DNA of 63,016 nt, the filler included, from Rhabdomonas costata (taxonomy: Eukaryota), in the NCBI GenBank assembly GCA_019059605.1. It is 57 parts of 57 records of this genome, joined end to end, with 100 filler letters (N's around TTAATTAATTAA, not from the genome) between each part and the next. Parts side by side here need not be neighbours in the genome. Positions count along the whole stretch, not along the records: positions 8,866 to 9,874 come from JAHMHO010033897.1; positions 9,975 to 10,982 come from JAHMHO010033898.1; positions 11,083 to 12,090 come from JAHMHO010033900.1; positions 12,191 to 13,198 come from JAHMHO010033901.1; positions 13,299 to 14,306 come from JAHMHO010033902.1; positions 14,407 to 15,413 come from JAHMHO010033903.1; positions 15,514 to 16,521 come from JAHMHO010033904.1; positions 16,622 to 17,629 come from JAHMHO010033905.1; 49 more parts are not named here. The stretch is one strand, 5' to 3'. The position numbers were made by a program, and so were the translations under genes. Under the pieces are notes generated by a model. It worked only from the letters and a program-made list of their open reading frames with translations, made no database searches and was not told where the DNA came from. Of the stretch, positions 9,861 through 21,892 are shown piece after piece. Each line of letters starts with the position of its first letter. Position 1 is the stretch's first letter.

Positions 9861-11532
9861 TTGCACACAAAAAANNNNNNNNNNNNNNNNNNNNNNNNNN
9901 NNNNNNNNNNNNNNNNNNTTAATTAATTAANNNNNNNNNNNNNNNNNNNNNNNNNNNNNNNNNNNNNNNNNNNNGGTTTGGTGGTGAATAGGTCGAGCTT
10001 GACGCTGAAACGTGTTGACGAACGTGAAGGTGGAGAACTCCGCGCTTGTTGTTGAACGTTGCGCAAAAGAGATTGAGCTATTAAGTACGATGGAAATAAA
10101 GAACACGAGGTGGGAAAAAACCCAGGCGCGTATAAATGGAGAGCGAAACATGGGGAAGACCGAACCAACCCTTGATAGATCCCGCTTCACTCGTCTTACA
10201 CAACAATCAAAACACAAGTAACCTGAATTAGAAGGGAATCTCGCTCGTATCGTCAGCCCATGTATACGGCTTATGACAGAATACGTGCTGGGCTGGGGTT
10301 TCCCTCTGTGAACAGAAGTAGAGAAACGAACTATGTTGCGAGTTCGACGGAAACGCGCCTTCCTCTCCTCAACACACACCAGACACATATTCAAAAAGAA
10401 AAAAACGTACACTCGGCTCAAGATCCAAGTCCGGAAACAGATCATAACCCTGCGTACTCGTTTATGCCAACGGCAAGCAAAAGTAGTGGGGATCTACAAC
10501 ATGATTTTGCCCGCCAAAATGGTTTGTTTGGGGGAGGGGACAAACATTGCGCTCAAACCCACCTTTTCAGAGAGTCAGAGTGTCAGCTAGACGTGAACCC
10601 AAGACCGAGCGCGTGAACCAAACCCCCACGGAAGTGACGTTAAAATAAAGTACACGAGGCATTTTTCAGTCTCAGGCATAACTTTAATTTTAACTTTTCT
10701 GCCATTGCATCAAGCTAATCAATGGGTACATTTGGAATGAGACTGCGTCACATATGAAATGTAAAACGGCAAAAAGCGTGCCTGACAGGGGCGCCGAAGG
10801 AGAATATAAGTATCCTTTGAAACCAGAAATCCACCGCTGCGCAGAACAGCACGGACGTTTCCGCGGTAGCCAGCGGGAGGCAGGTGCTCCGGGTGAGAGC
10901 GAAAGTACCAAAAACGCGGCAGTGCCTTTCCCATGAATTCCCCTTGGATCCCCTTGCCACCCAGGAAAAAACCAAAACAACCNNNNNNNNNNNNNNNNNN
11001 NNNNNNNNNNNNNNNNNNNNNNNNNNTTAATTAATTAANNNNNNNNNNNNNNNNNNNNNNNNNNNNNNNNNNNNNNNNNNNNTGTTGGGTGGGGGGATGT
11101 TCTGGTCCCAGGGAATGATGGGAGACGTTTGGGCTGCCAAGCTGGCAGACTCAGGTTGCCTGCTTGCCATCCTCCTCTCAATCACTCTCGTTACTGAATG
11201 GATTGGGATCTAGGCTTGGAGAAGAGCGTGACGGTTCCTAGCATTACTTTGCAGTACGGAGGAGGGGGGGGGGTTCCGTCCGCCCTTCCTCCCCCTCCGA
11301 AGATCTCCATCCCATGCGAAGATCCATATGACCCGCGACCCACAACGTCCCATATTCTGTGAAATTCAGCGTTTTTTTTCCTGCTCGACAGTGGTTTCGC
11401 CCGGGGGGGGGTGTTCTTCTCAGTTCTTTCCTTCATAGCTCACATCGATTGTGTGCCACACTGCGAGGTCATACCGCGCCAGTCTCACTATGTGTTCTCT
11501 GCTTTCAGTACCTGAAATGCCCGTGCAAATAG

Positions 11533-11805
11533 GTATCAATTACCTGGGCTGCTACACCGATAGCGCTACCCGTGACCTGCCTTACGCCCTTGACTGGTCC
11601 TTCGCTACCCCCCAGCGGTGCGTCGCGATGTGTCGCGCCGCGGGCTACCTCTTCGCCGGGGTGCAGTTCTACAGCCAGTGCTTCTGTGGCAACAGCTACG
11701 GGCGGTACGGCGCTTCGACGGGCTGCAGCGCACCCTGCAATGTTGACCCGACCCAGACCTGTGGTGGTACTTGGGCCAACAGCATTTACTCCGTGGGCTA
11801 CTTCA
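11533..11805 (+). CDS. WSC carbohydrate-binding domain, 273-nt phase-1/1 exon
   Basis: YLGCYTD...CVAMC...AGVQFYSQCFCGN...CSAPC...TCGGTWANSIY is the full WSC Cys pattern; bounded by aatag| and A|gtacgc. Confidence 0.9.
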
Positions 11806-12389
11806 GTACGCTCCGTGCCTTCCGTGCCTTTTTTTCTTTGGAAAGCTGGCAAAACTTCACCTCACCAACAACCGGACCCGTTCAGTGCCTTCGTTTTCAG
11901 GGTCAGGGTGGCAGTGGTTTCCGCGCGTTTGAAGAAAAACGAGGATGCTCAGAAAAACCTCCGATGCATCCGCGATGTTTACCACACAGTTAAGTATGGA
12001 AGTATGGGTCCATGTTATTATGACTTCATGAATGCCAAAAGGCAAAAGGAGGGTGGAAGATAATAACGCTTCCTCTGTTGACCCAACACANNNNNNNNNN
12101 NNNNNNNNNNNNNNNNNNNNNNNNNNNNNNNNNNTTAATTAATTAANNNNNNNNNNNNNNNNNNNNNNNNNNNNNNNNNNNNNNNNNNNNTTTTTTTTGT
12201 CTCGTTACACTACTCTGTAATTTATTCTCACCTTTTTGTGTTTCACTTGCTTGGCGGCGCGCTACGCTTCAGCGCAAGTATTTTTCGCTCTCAGCTGCTG
12301 AACATCTGACATTCCAGAGACCAGACGTGGTCCTCTCTGTTTTCCTTGCAGAGTATGCCAAAAATTTTGCGACAGGGGGAAAACGACAC

Positions 12390-12683
12390 CTCAGCATAGT
12401 TAACCATGTTAACGCGGTGCACCACCGCGTTGTAGCCGAGGTTGTCAAGCAGCTTTGCAAGCTCCTCTACGTACTCGGAGTGGGAGTAGCGGAATGCAAA
12501 GCTCTCCTGCTCGCTGCGTGGGGTGTGACCTTCACGCAGCTCGGGGTCGAGAATGTGCACCGACGAGGTGTTGGTGTTGGACGAAAACGACGACGTGTTG
12601 GGTGAGCTGCAAGTGAACGGCGGCGCTTCACGCGTTGGTGGGGTACAGCTTGACAAGACGGGGGAAGAAGATGGAGTAGCCAT
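12390..12683 (-). CDS. Probable first exon of an unknown protein (Ser/Thr-rich leader, then a globular region; possibly an ATP-grasp ligase N-terminal domain)
   Basis: True ATG, GC3-rich codons, GAG|gtgtcg donor; the family guess is weak. Confidence 0.45.
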
Positions 12684-13826
12684 AGGTTTAAGACGGTAAA
12701 ATCAAGGAAAATAGCCAACCAGAAAAAGGAGCACACAGCTATGGGATGAAACTCAAGTACGCACGCTACCTCACGGTTACGTTTGTTAGAGGCCCCCCCC
12801 CCACTTTTATAGCAAGGCTATAAAAAATATACAGGGATGATTTTTCATAAGCACCAAAGAAAAATTTGAAATTGCTATTGCGCGGCTTTAGAAAATTTTT
12901 ATAGCAGTGCTATAAAAAATTTTGATCCGATTTTCTTCACATTTACGGGGTGCTGTGCTGTGAAGTTGAGTTCATTTTTGCAGGTCCGGGATGTGTTGCC
13001 GCGGAGCGCACCGGGCCAAGATCCCAGGTGCTAGTGCACGGTAGGCTCCGAAAAGGGTCACCGGGGTGAAACAAGCAGGCACGCAATCAGACCCTGAAAA
13101 ATGCAAGCAGGGGATCAGATCAACGAGAGGTTGTTGCAAAGTCTGCACAGGTCATGAGACCAAGTCCTCTACCCACCAGTCCAAAATCACCAAACCCCNN
13201 NNNNNNNNNNNNNNNNNNNNNNNNNNNNNNNNNNNNNNNNNNTTAATTAATTAANNNNNNNNNNNNNNNNNNNNNNNNNNNNNNNNNNNNNNNNNNNNGG
13301 TTTTGGTTTTGTTGGGTAAGTTCTGTTTGGTGTTGGGGGGGGGGGCAGACTTTCACCCCTGTTTTTTCATTAGGATGGTCAACGATGAATATGGATTCGA
13401 GCTGATTTTGGTGTCTAAATGTACCCGTGTACCGTGCGTTCGTACATCAGTTCAGTTGGTGAAAGTCGAATATATTCTCCTCGTTTTCTACGCTGAACAG
13501 GTTCATCAAAAACAGCATTTGAAATTGATTGACCCGAGTTGCGGGCTCATTTTGATTTGGGGACCACGGGGATGAGCCCTCGCTCGCCCCTCTGAGCACT
13601 GCTGGATGATTTTTTGTTTTCTTGGAAACGGAAGTAAAAAGGGAGAGCCAATGAGCTATCGCTTACTACCTCGAGTCAGCGGGTTCTCAAGCCTGTGCCT
13701 GAGAGTATCGTTTCAACGCCGCTGTACACAATCCATGCATGGCAGCAAAGTCGAAGTTTTCCCTTGCTTTATCATCCTTTCATCATAAAATAAAATTATC
13801 CGGAGGTGTGTGATCCTTGTGTTCAG

Positions 13827-13987
13827 TTTACGCGCTGCTTGGAGTGTCTTGGACCTGCACCACGGTGTGCCCCGCGTACATCGCCGCGCACACCGACAGC
13901 TCGCGGGACCGCAGCACGGAAATGTCACTGTGGTATATGGGGTGGACCTTGGGCGACACGGCGGGACCGATGCTTGCCGCAGCTGCG
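13827..13987 (+). CDS. Probable MFS transporter exon
   Basis: AYIAAHTDSSRDRSTEMSLWYMGWTLGDTAGPMLAA resembles the MFS TM4-TM5 pattern AYIA...ER...M......LG...GP; acceptor gttcag|; 3' end uncertain. Confidence 0.45.
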
Positions 13988-14435
13988 GTTCAGGCCCAGC
14001 TTTTTCTGCTCGCCGTTGCAGCCCTTTGGTCCCCTCTGCCCTCTCACGCTTCCTCTACTGTTGCTGCTGCTACTGCCGCGGCTGCCTTTGTGCCAGTGTC
14101 AATGTGGCTGGGTTCGGCATGGCCAGGACTCTCGCCAGGACTTAGAACCAGCTGCCGTTATTACTCGGGACTTCTACCGCCACCCCAATTTCGAACTTAG
14201 TGTCACCCAGTAGACTGAGTTACGCTGCCTAAGGCACCGGAAGCACAGAAAGGGTACAAGGGAATACCCTTAGAACCCGAAACAACCCCAACAACGCCCC
14301 ACCCCCNNNNNNNNNNNNNNNNNNNNNNNNNNNNNNNNNNNNNNNNNNNNTTAATTAATTAANNNNNNNNNNNNNNNNNNNNNNNNNNNNNNNNNNNNNN
14401 NNNNNNGTGTGGTGGTTTGCTGTGCAGCGGCGCAC

Positions 14436-15174
14436 CGAGTCAGCCTGGGGGTCACGGAGAGAGGCCAGGGGGACCGCAGCCTCCGCGGCGATCTCCTCAT
14501 CCGTGCGGTGGCGGATGAACACGGGCTTGCCTGAGCGGGAGAGGCAGACGGCGGGCGGAGCGCTGAAAGTAGCATAGTGTGGTTCGCAGGACTCCCAGGG
14601 AGCGGTACAATTACAAGGCGAAGCTTGCAAGCTTTTTTTGTTCTTTTATCCGTTTTTTGACAAGTAGGCATTGCACATTATCTGCACTGCACTGTGCATA
14701 GAGTCTCTTCCTTCCTGCTACTTTCGGTTTTCCCCGGAACTGTTTTCTTTTGCGCGGTGAACATTGCACAGTGAACAATTGTGTCTAAAGTTTGTTTTTA
14801 AAAAAAGCATTGCACATTCCTGAGAGCCCAGGGGCAGGCAGAGACTCCCGTCCTGTTGTGTGGTGAACCGGTGCCTGTGCCGTGCACCCACCCGCGCGCG
14901 CGCTGTGCATTAGGGACAACTTTTATTGTCATCCACCTTTCGGGTCCTTACAAAGTGCATTTCTTCTCTCACCCCCACTCTTGATCCAAACCAAGACCAA
15001 CGAGGCGCAAACATCACAGAAGCAGCACCGGACAAAACCCCCCTCCATCCCTCCATGGTCCTCACCCTGAGCCCCACACCTCGCCAGACGATGGTCACCG
15101 TCTTGCCCTCGGGGATGTCCCCAATGTCCACCTCAATGTTGGCCAGCGCCTGAGTGCTCTTCGTGGGGCGGAAG
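14436..15174 (-). CDS. UQCRFS1: Cytochrome bc1 Rieske iron-sulfur protein, two exons (15080-15174 and 14436-14530) around a 549-bp GT-AG intron
   Basis: Spliced [63 protein letters not shown] contains the diagnostic [12 protein letters not shown] and LRDPQ. Confidence 0.95.
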
Positions 15175-15395
15175 CTGAGGAGGACGTGGGTGCGAGTGTG
15201 TGATAGCGTCAGTGTAGATCGCTGGAGGGAAGGAAAGAAGAGCAAAAAGGACCTGGCCAGCGGACCTCACCGTGCACCCCATTTCTTTTGCACAAGCTTC
15301 CATACACACGACTGCCACAAAGCGTGTAGCGAATCAATGCTTCGATAAAAACGACGAGCGGGTCACTTCGTCCGTTCCAGGGCAACCCCAACCCA

Positions 15396-15413
15396 CCAAA
15401 CATACCTAACACT
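15396..15413 (-). other. Untrimmed WGA universal primer (15/18 match to TGTGTTGGGTGTGTTTGG) followed by a G/T-only decamer
   Basis: The reverse complement reads AGTGTTAGGTATGTTTGG + TGGGTTGGGG. Confidence 0.75.
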
Positions 15414-16215
15414 NNNNNNNNNNNNNNNNNNNNNNNNNNNNNNNNNNNNNNNNNNNNTTAATTAATTAANNNNNNNNNNNNNNNNNNNNNNNNNNNNNNN
15501 NNNNNNNNNNNNNGGTTATCTCTCGCCAGTACAGCCGCGAGATGAAGGCGACGTCCAATCCGACCACAATTCAAACCGGCCACCGCTTGGACAAGGACAA
15601 TAAAGTTCCTCGAAAGGTGTGTGGAGGCATCTCTCGGAGCATGCTTTCCTCTTGGGGCTGTTGTATTTTTGAGCATCCATCGAAGGAGCATGTCAGTTGC
15701 TCCGTTTTTATGAAGGGATCGTGGTCGCGCCTTTTCAAGACAGCTGAAGCCTCGCGAGTCCGCTGCGGGGCTATCCCTTTGAAGCAGCTGATCTCTTCCT
15801 AAACTTCAAATCAAAGGAAGCCGACGTGGGGTGCAGGGGCACAGACCTTGCAAAGTCCTTCTTTTGCTGGTTTTTGCTTCCTTTGCTTTTTCTGGTGCGC
15901 AGGCATTGAAGGAGTCGGAGCTCCGGGTAATTCTCGTGGTTGAGAAGCTCTGCGACAGGCACTGGATTGAGAAATGGCACATCGGTGAAACCAACGGCAC
16001 GAAGGCATGGCCGTTCCTCGCCCCCGCATCACTGGGTTGGGTCTGTGGTGTGCCTTTTGACATGCCGTCTGGAGCGTTGGAGCAGCTGCAGACCTCTTCT
16101 GCTTTCGCTAGTGTGTTTTTAATGGTCGAGCGGTGTGTTTATAATGGGCGAGAATCGGGTAGGGATTCATCACCGCTGGAAAGCATTCAGTAACCGGTCG
16201 CAACGGCCGTATCAA

Positions 16216-16335
16216 GCCTTCTCAAGCGGAAGTTCCGACACCATGATTGGAGTCTGGACTACTCAGTCTAGCAAGTTGGAGCGCGTCCTGAAAGATCAAC
16301 CCGGAGCCGTGAACTAGATTGTTATAAGTCCCGGC
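16216..16335 (+). pseudogene. Degenerate WD40 repeat
   Basis: AFSSGSSDTMIGVWTTQSSKLERVLKDQPGAVN*IVISPG follows the SGS.D.TI.VW...H.GAVN.V..SP pattern with an in-frame TAG. Confidence 0.55.
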
Positions 16336-18545
16336 GTTCTGAGGACACCAAGACACTAAGACAATTCATGGTCTTGAGAGCCATCTTCTTGTCCCCTACG
16401 CAGATCGTCAAAGTATCGTAGTGTATGGATTGTTGGAAAGTCGCTTTGGCGCTTTGGGAACGACACCCTGTATGCCGACCCACCACCAATGGGCACCCGT
16501 ACCGGGCATCCTTCGACGTTANNNNNNNNNNNNNNNNNNNNNNNNNNNNNNNNNNNNNNNNNNNNTTAATTAATTAANNNNNNNNNNNNNNNNNNNNNNN
16601 NNNNNNNNNNNNNNNNNNNNNGGTGGTTGTGCTGGACACTGTTGTTCTCCAGGGGTCAAATTTATCCATTATTGAGAATGAAAATTGTTCCCGGGAGAAC
16701 AACAGTGTCCAGCGCAAGTAACCGAAACCAGCCGGCTAAAAAGTTTAGGGAGGACAATGGTTTCTCCTCACTGCTGCACGCATGAAGTTTATTTTTTAGC
16801 TGTCTCCGAAAAAGCTGTTGGGGTTTGATTGGTTCCTTCAGGTGGTCGAGGTCGTGGCGGGGTTCCTCGCAGTTTCAATTCCAATCGCATGCCCGATGGT
16901 GGAAGGGGCCCATCAGGTTGGTGGTTTTTCTCGGGCTATCCATTGTGCTGTGTGGTGTTACCTGTGTTGCGTCGGTTACACAGCCCTTCTGACCACATGT
17001 TCTCAGGAGGGGGACGCGGCTTCATGCGGAGAGAGGAAGACTCCAGAGGTCACCGTCTTCGTTTTGAATTCCCCAACGGCCTCCAGTTTTGCCGCTCGTG
17101 TTGCTCTTGTTTGTTTGTTTTCCAGGTTACCGTAGCAGCAGTGTCTTTGGGAATCGTGAGGGACGGACCCCTTTCCGAGACGAAGCACCCCCAAGCGGCT
17201 TCAGAGGAAGAAGGTGTTTCATATTGTAAACGTAAAACCCTCCTATATAGGGGCCTTTTCTTTTGAAACAATAGGGTCGTGGCACCCCCGGCCTTTAATA
17301 GATTTAATAACTTTGGCCTTTAATAACTTTGTGGACCAGGAGAACAGCGCAACCGCGGAGGCAGCAGCAGCCACAACACCAGCAAAGAGGTGAAGGAAAG
17401 AATGAGACAGAGATAGAGCGAGCTTGTGACCTTCTCAAGCAAAAAAAAACAGCAGTAAGTGCACCAAGGCGAGTGCTGGCAAAGAGTGTCCGTCGCCCTG
17501 TGCATGGTCGTGGTCAAACAGCTGGGCAACGTGTACACCCACATGGGCATGAGGAACTTCATCTCTCCAGTAGGATCATCGTCACACTTAAATTCTTTGG
17601 AGGCGATGCGGAACATCCGGGGGGGGGGGNNNNNNNNNNNNNNNNNNNNNNNNNNNNNNNNNNNNNNNNNNNNTTAATTAATTAANNNNNNNNNNNNNNN
17701 NNNNNNNNNNNNNNNNNNNNNNNNNNNNNGGTTTTGGTGATGATGCTAATACTGCACAAATGGGAACTTCTTTTTGCCAAAAGCTGCTAAATCAGTGTAG
17801 ACTAGGCTGTAAATGGTGGCTTCTTCTGGTTAAGCCGCTTTGTGATAATATCATTGTGGTTTGGAAGAAGGCAGATATGTTGAAGTTGCGTTGCCTGTTG
17901 TAAAGTGACCACTTTTATTTCCAGTGTTTGTATTGTAAAAAGAGGTGAAAATGTAGCTTTTTATTTAATAATTTTCACATGATAAGCATTGTAGTTTAAT
18001 ATGTTAGTTATCAAGTGCGTAAATATCTTTGATTCTAGATTTTTCTATCACTCTCAACTATTTGTAGGTTTGCGCTGCTCAGTTTGATTCTTGTTTCTCC
18101 TGTTACTGTAGCGCAAACTATATGAAACAGACCTTGATCTATAAACCACTTCAGTTGAATATAACACTAATGGTGTATTTTTGTTTTGAAAATTCTCTTG
18201 AATCTGGCTTTGTCTCAGCTGATCTTCAACTTGCACATCTGATCCACGTGATCCACTTCAAGGTCTCCGGTGAATTACATAATTATTCTACATCTCATCT
18301 GTATCATGGCATCTGTGATACTGTTCTTGTTTATGCAACTCCTTGACTTCGTGTAAAAATTATTCCACTGCAAGCTGCTTTTCTTTTCAAATGTATATGA
18401 AATTATTGCGGTATCTACAGAATAACTGGAGCAAATACATCCTATTTATCTTCATTATAAAGACCTTTTTTGCTCGGTCGTTGCATCGAGTCATCACGAA
18501 TTCCCCACAAACCACATTTATTGCTATTGGACACACTGTGTGTGA

Positions 18546-18730
18546 GTGTTAATCTACAATGGCGTCCACAATATGGAAGTTGGAGATAAACCAGACTGAT
18601 TTCAATACAAATGGCGCTCTCATTCAACTTTGGCCTCCAATCTCGTGGCGCAACCTGATCGCCTTTTGTATTGAAATCAGTCTGGTTTATCTCCAACTTC
18701 CATATTGTGGACGCCATTGTAGATTAACAC
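18546..18730. repeat. Perfect 66-bp inverted repeat (18546-18611 / 18665-18730)
   Basis: Arms are exact reverse complements, at the end of an AT-rich contig. Confidence 0.95.
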
Positions 18731-20119
18731 CCACCCCNNNNNNNNNNNNNNNNNNNNNNNNNNNNNNNNNNNNNNNNNNNNTTAATTAATTAANNNNNNN
18801 NNNNNNNNNNNNNNNNNNNNNNNNNNNNNNNNNNNNNTTTTTTTCTTTCCCTCTTTTTCTCACATTCTTCTCCAAAGAGTGTGAGAAAAAGAGGGAAAGA
18901 AAAAAAGCAGGGGTTAAAACAGAAACCCCGCTCCGCTGCTCAAGACAAGGACAAGCAAACTTAACTCGCGACCCTATAAAAAAGGGGGGCTATTTATCAA
19001 ACTTAGCCGGCCTCCTTTTTACCCACCTCAATTCTCGGTGGGCACCTTGCCTTCAGGCGCAGCAGTGAATGACTGGGAGTGGTTACAGTCTTTTTCTTGT
19101 TTTTTTTTTTGGATTCGTGTGGAAGTAAAGGAAAGGTTCCAAAAATTGATGTAACACATCGTGTTCCCCAGCCAACGGCTATCTTTAGTAAAAGGCGAAA
19201 GATAGATTCGCAGTAAGCGGGGAACTGTGTTAAGCTTCTTCGGGCCCATCAGCCGGGATGAACAATCATACTTGCGTGTGTCAGTTGTGGCCTCTCAGCC
19301 AACCGAACGTAGATCGTGAACACCGTTAACACACTCAATTATTTGTGCCAGATTTCCCCCCCGCTTTCACCAAGTCAACAAGAAAGGAACAAGGTACAAG
19401 GAACCTCTCAAGGAGAAACGTGGGAGACTGAAACCTAATTGATTCCTCACAGTAGAGACTTTCTTAAATTCTTAAGTCGTTGCAAGCCTGCAATGGGCAC
19501 GGTCAGGTCATGAGGATAAATTAGAGGGAAAAGCAATTTAGCGTGGTGTTGTATTTTACGTGTTTTGCTCCTAGAAGCTCCTGACACTTAGTTAGGGAAT
19601 TCGGTCAGATGATTCTGTAACTTTGCCTGAATAAATGGAAATATTTGCAAATGAATCCTCTTGGAATGGGGAATTTACGTGGGACAAAATCCTTGGGTTA
19701 ATGCTAATATAGGTTTCGGGAGGATGAAAGGCGTAGTTCAGCAGGCAACACGTGTTTAACATGTTACATAACCCACCCAATAGGAATTTGGTCCGCATTT
19801 TGGAGCTGGGAGGGACGGCTGACCTATAATGACAAATACCCAAAANNNNNNNNNNNNNNNNNNNNNNNNNNNNNNNNNNNNNNNNNNNNTTAATTAATTA
19901 ANNNNNNNNNNNNNNNNNNNNNNNNNNNNNNNNNNNNNNNNNNNNTTTTTTTGGGTTCCTTCTCTGCGATTGGCAGCTGGCGCTTCCATGTGAACCGAGA
20001 GGCGACAGGGTTCAAGGCGTGGTCTTTTTCTTTGCTTTTTTGCATCGTGGTTCCGTTTTCCTCCCGCTTTTTTATGTGCACTTGGTGACCCCAAGTGAGC
20101 CTTGCGGCGATTCTGTTTC

Positions 20120-20825
20120 CATGGTCGATGGGGGTAAGCAGAATTGGGTTGATTCAATATTTGAAATAAAGGGATCGCTTCTATTCCAAGGGTGACAAAG
20201 GGGCGCACCGCAACGCCGGGTAGCATCCCTTTGCAAAAGAAGTTTTCACTTTCATATTCTCAGGCTACCATTACCACCCTACAGTCTGAGGTCCTCGGGA
20301 CCTTTATCCAAATTTACTCGGCATATCCCCAGCGAAACCGTTTGTGAGTTACTTCCACAAACTCAGCTGAAAAAAGTGAAGAAATGACGATAACATTTTG
20401 CTGACACCACTGACGCGATGGTTGCCCTCGAGAAAGAGGAAAAGCCGGAAAGCGTCTGCCCACGGCATACCCCAGCAGAGCAGGAGGAAGTTCAGCTGCA
20501 TCTCCGCCTCGTGGCAGGTTCGGCTGGGGGCTCGAGAATTCGTTTTAGGTTTGGAGTTGTGCCAATACTTCCCGATGCTTTGGTCGAACATTCTCCAGCC
20601 CAGTGGTCTTTGCTTATTCTTTTGGCATGCAGCTGGGTAAGTGGGTTTTTTCTTTTCGATAAGGATTAAGACTTCGCCGTGATTTTGAAAAACATCCCTA
20701 AATCTGTAACGAATGGCGGCAAAGACATTATGACCGGGGTATGACCACCTTGCACACTCACGGTGCACGCGTATACGTACACCCACTCAATGACTGCCGT
20801 GTAGCCACCTCGACATGCTGGAGGG
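20120..20825 (-). mobile_element. Heavily decayed non-LTR (LINE-type) reverse transcriptase
   Basis: Ordered remnants EV...RAP*V (APG.DG), MPKE*AKTTGLENVRP (IPK...NYRP), KRILE, EMQLNF (E.Q.GF) and KGMLPG...P...IPLFQILN...Y (RT motif 4), with many stops and frameshifts. Confidence 0.5.
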
Positions 20826-21856
20826 GTATCGAAACGAAGTGGAATAAGGCCGACAAAGTCAGGATCCCCTCCCGAAAAGCCTGACATATTGAATCTGCTT
20901 AACGTTGGAGGAAAAAACTAATTAAACTCCAACCAAAAACCAAAAGAACACAANNNNNNNNNNNNNNNNNNNNNNNNNNNNNNNNNNNNNNNNNNNNTTA
21001 ATTAATTAANNNNNNNNNNNNNNNNNNNNNNNNNNNNNNNNNNNNNNNNNNNNCAGGGCACCATATCCTGTACTCAGAACACGCTACTTGATGTAGGAAA
21101 CGAAACAGAGGGCCGGAAATGGCTTGAAGTCAAGAATGGGGCAACCAGCTGCAAAAAGAGGTGCAATGCACCACAACAGAAAGAAACTCAGGAAGGAGGA
21201 AATCAAAGGCCCACACTTTTCGTAGAACGCTGAGAGTGGGATGATGGTGGCAGCGGCGATCGGCGCTCGAGGGATGAGGCAACATGCAAACCTTCTATCA
21301 TCAAGGACAGCGAGTGGGCTGGCACGGCGCAGCGTTGCGAAAGAATTGAGGAGGTTTTGGAAGGTGCCAAGATGCGATGCCTGCCGATCATCCGAACACC
21401 CACCCCACACAACAGGAAGGAGAGCTACAAAAGGAAAGCGCACCGCAACAGAGCTACTAACGACGGCACAGCTCAAGGGGGTGGAGGAACCAACTCGCCA
21501 GCGAACCTCGCCTGTAGATCCCAAATGAGGCGTTCAGATCCATACACTCGGCTGGGGAGGGACAAATGTACAATGAAAATCACAAGAATCGTCAAAGCAC
21601 AAACCACTGACTCCCTAACTAGGCAAACCCGAAGAAGACCAAGCAGATGCGGGCCGCTCGTGAATTAAGAAAGCAAAAAAAACCAGCAAAAGGAGGAAAG
21701 GCGGACAGGTGTAGCGAAAATAAAAGAAGGATAGGTATAGGCTGGCCGAAAGCGCAATAGAAAGTCCAGCGAAAGCACACTTCACATCTCTCTTGATATC
21801 ATCGCTGCATAGAAAAAAGCGTGGCCCGTGGGATAAAAGTACACACGAATCCATTA

Positions 21857-21892
21857 CAGGACCAGGACCAGGACCAGGACCAGGACCAGGAC
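21857..21892. repeat. Microsatellite (CAGGAC)6
   Basis: Direct reading. Confidence 0.95.
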
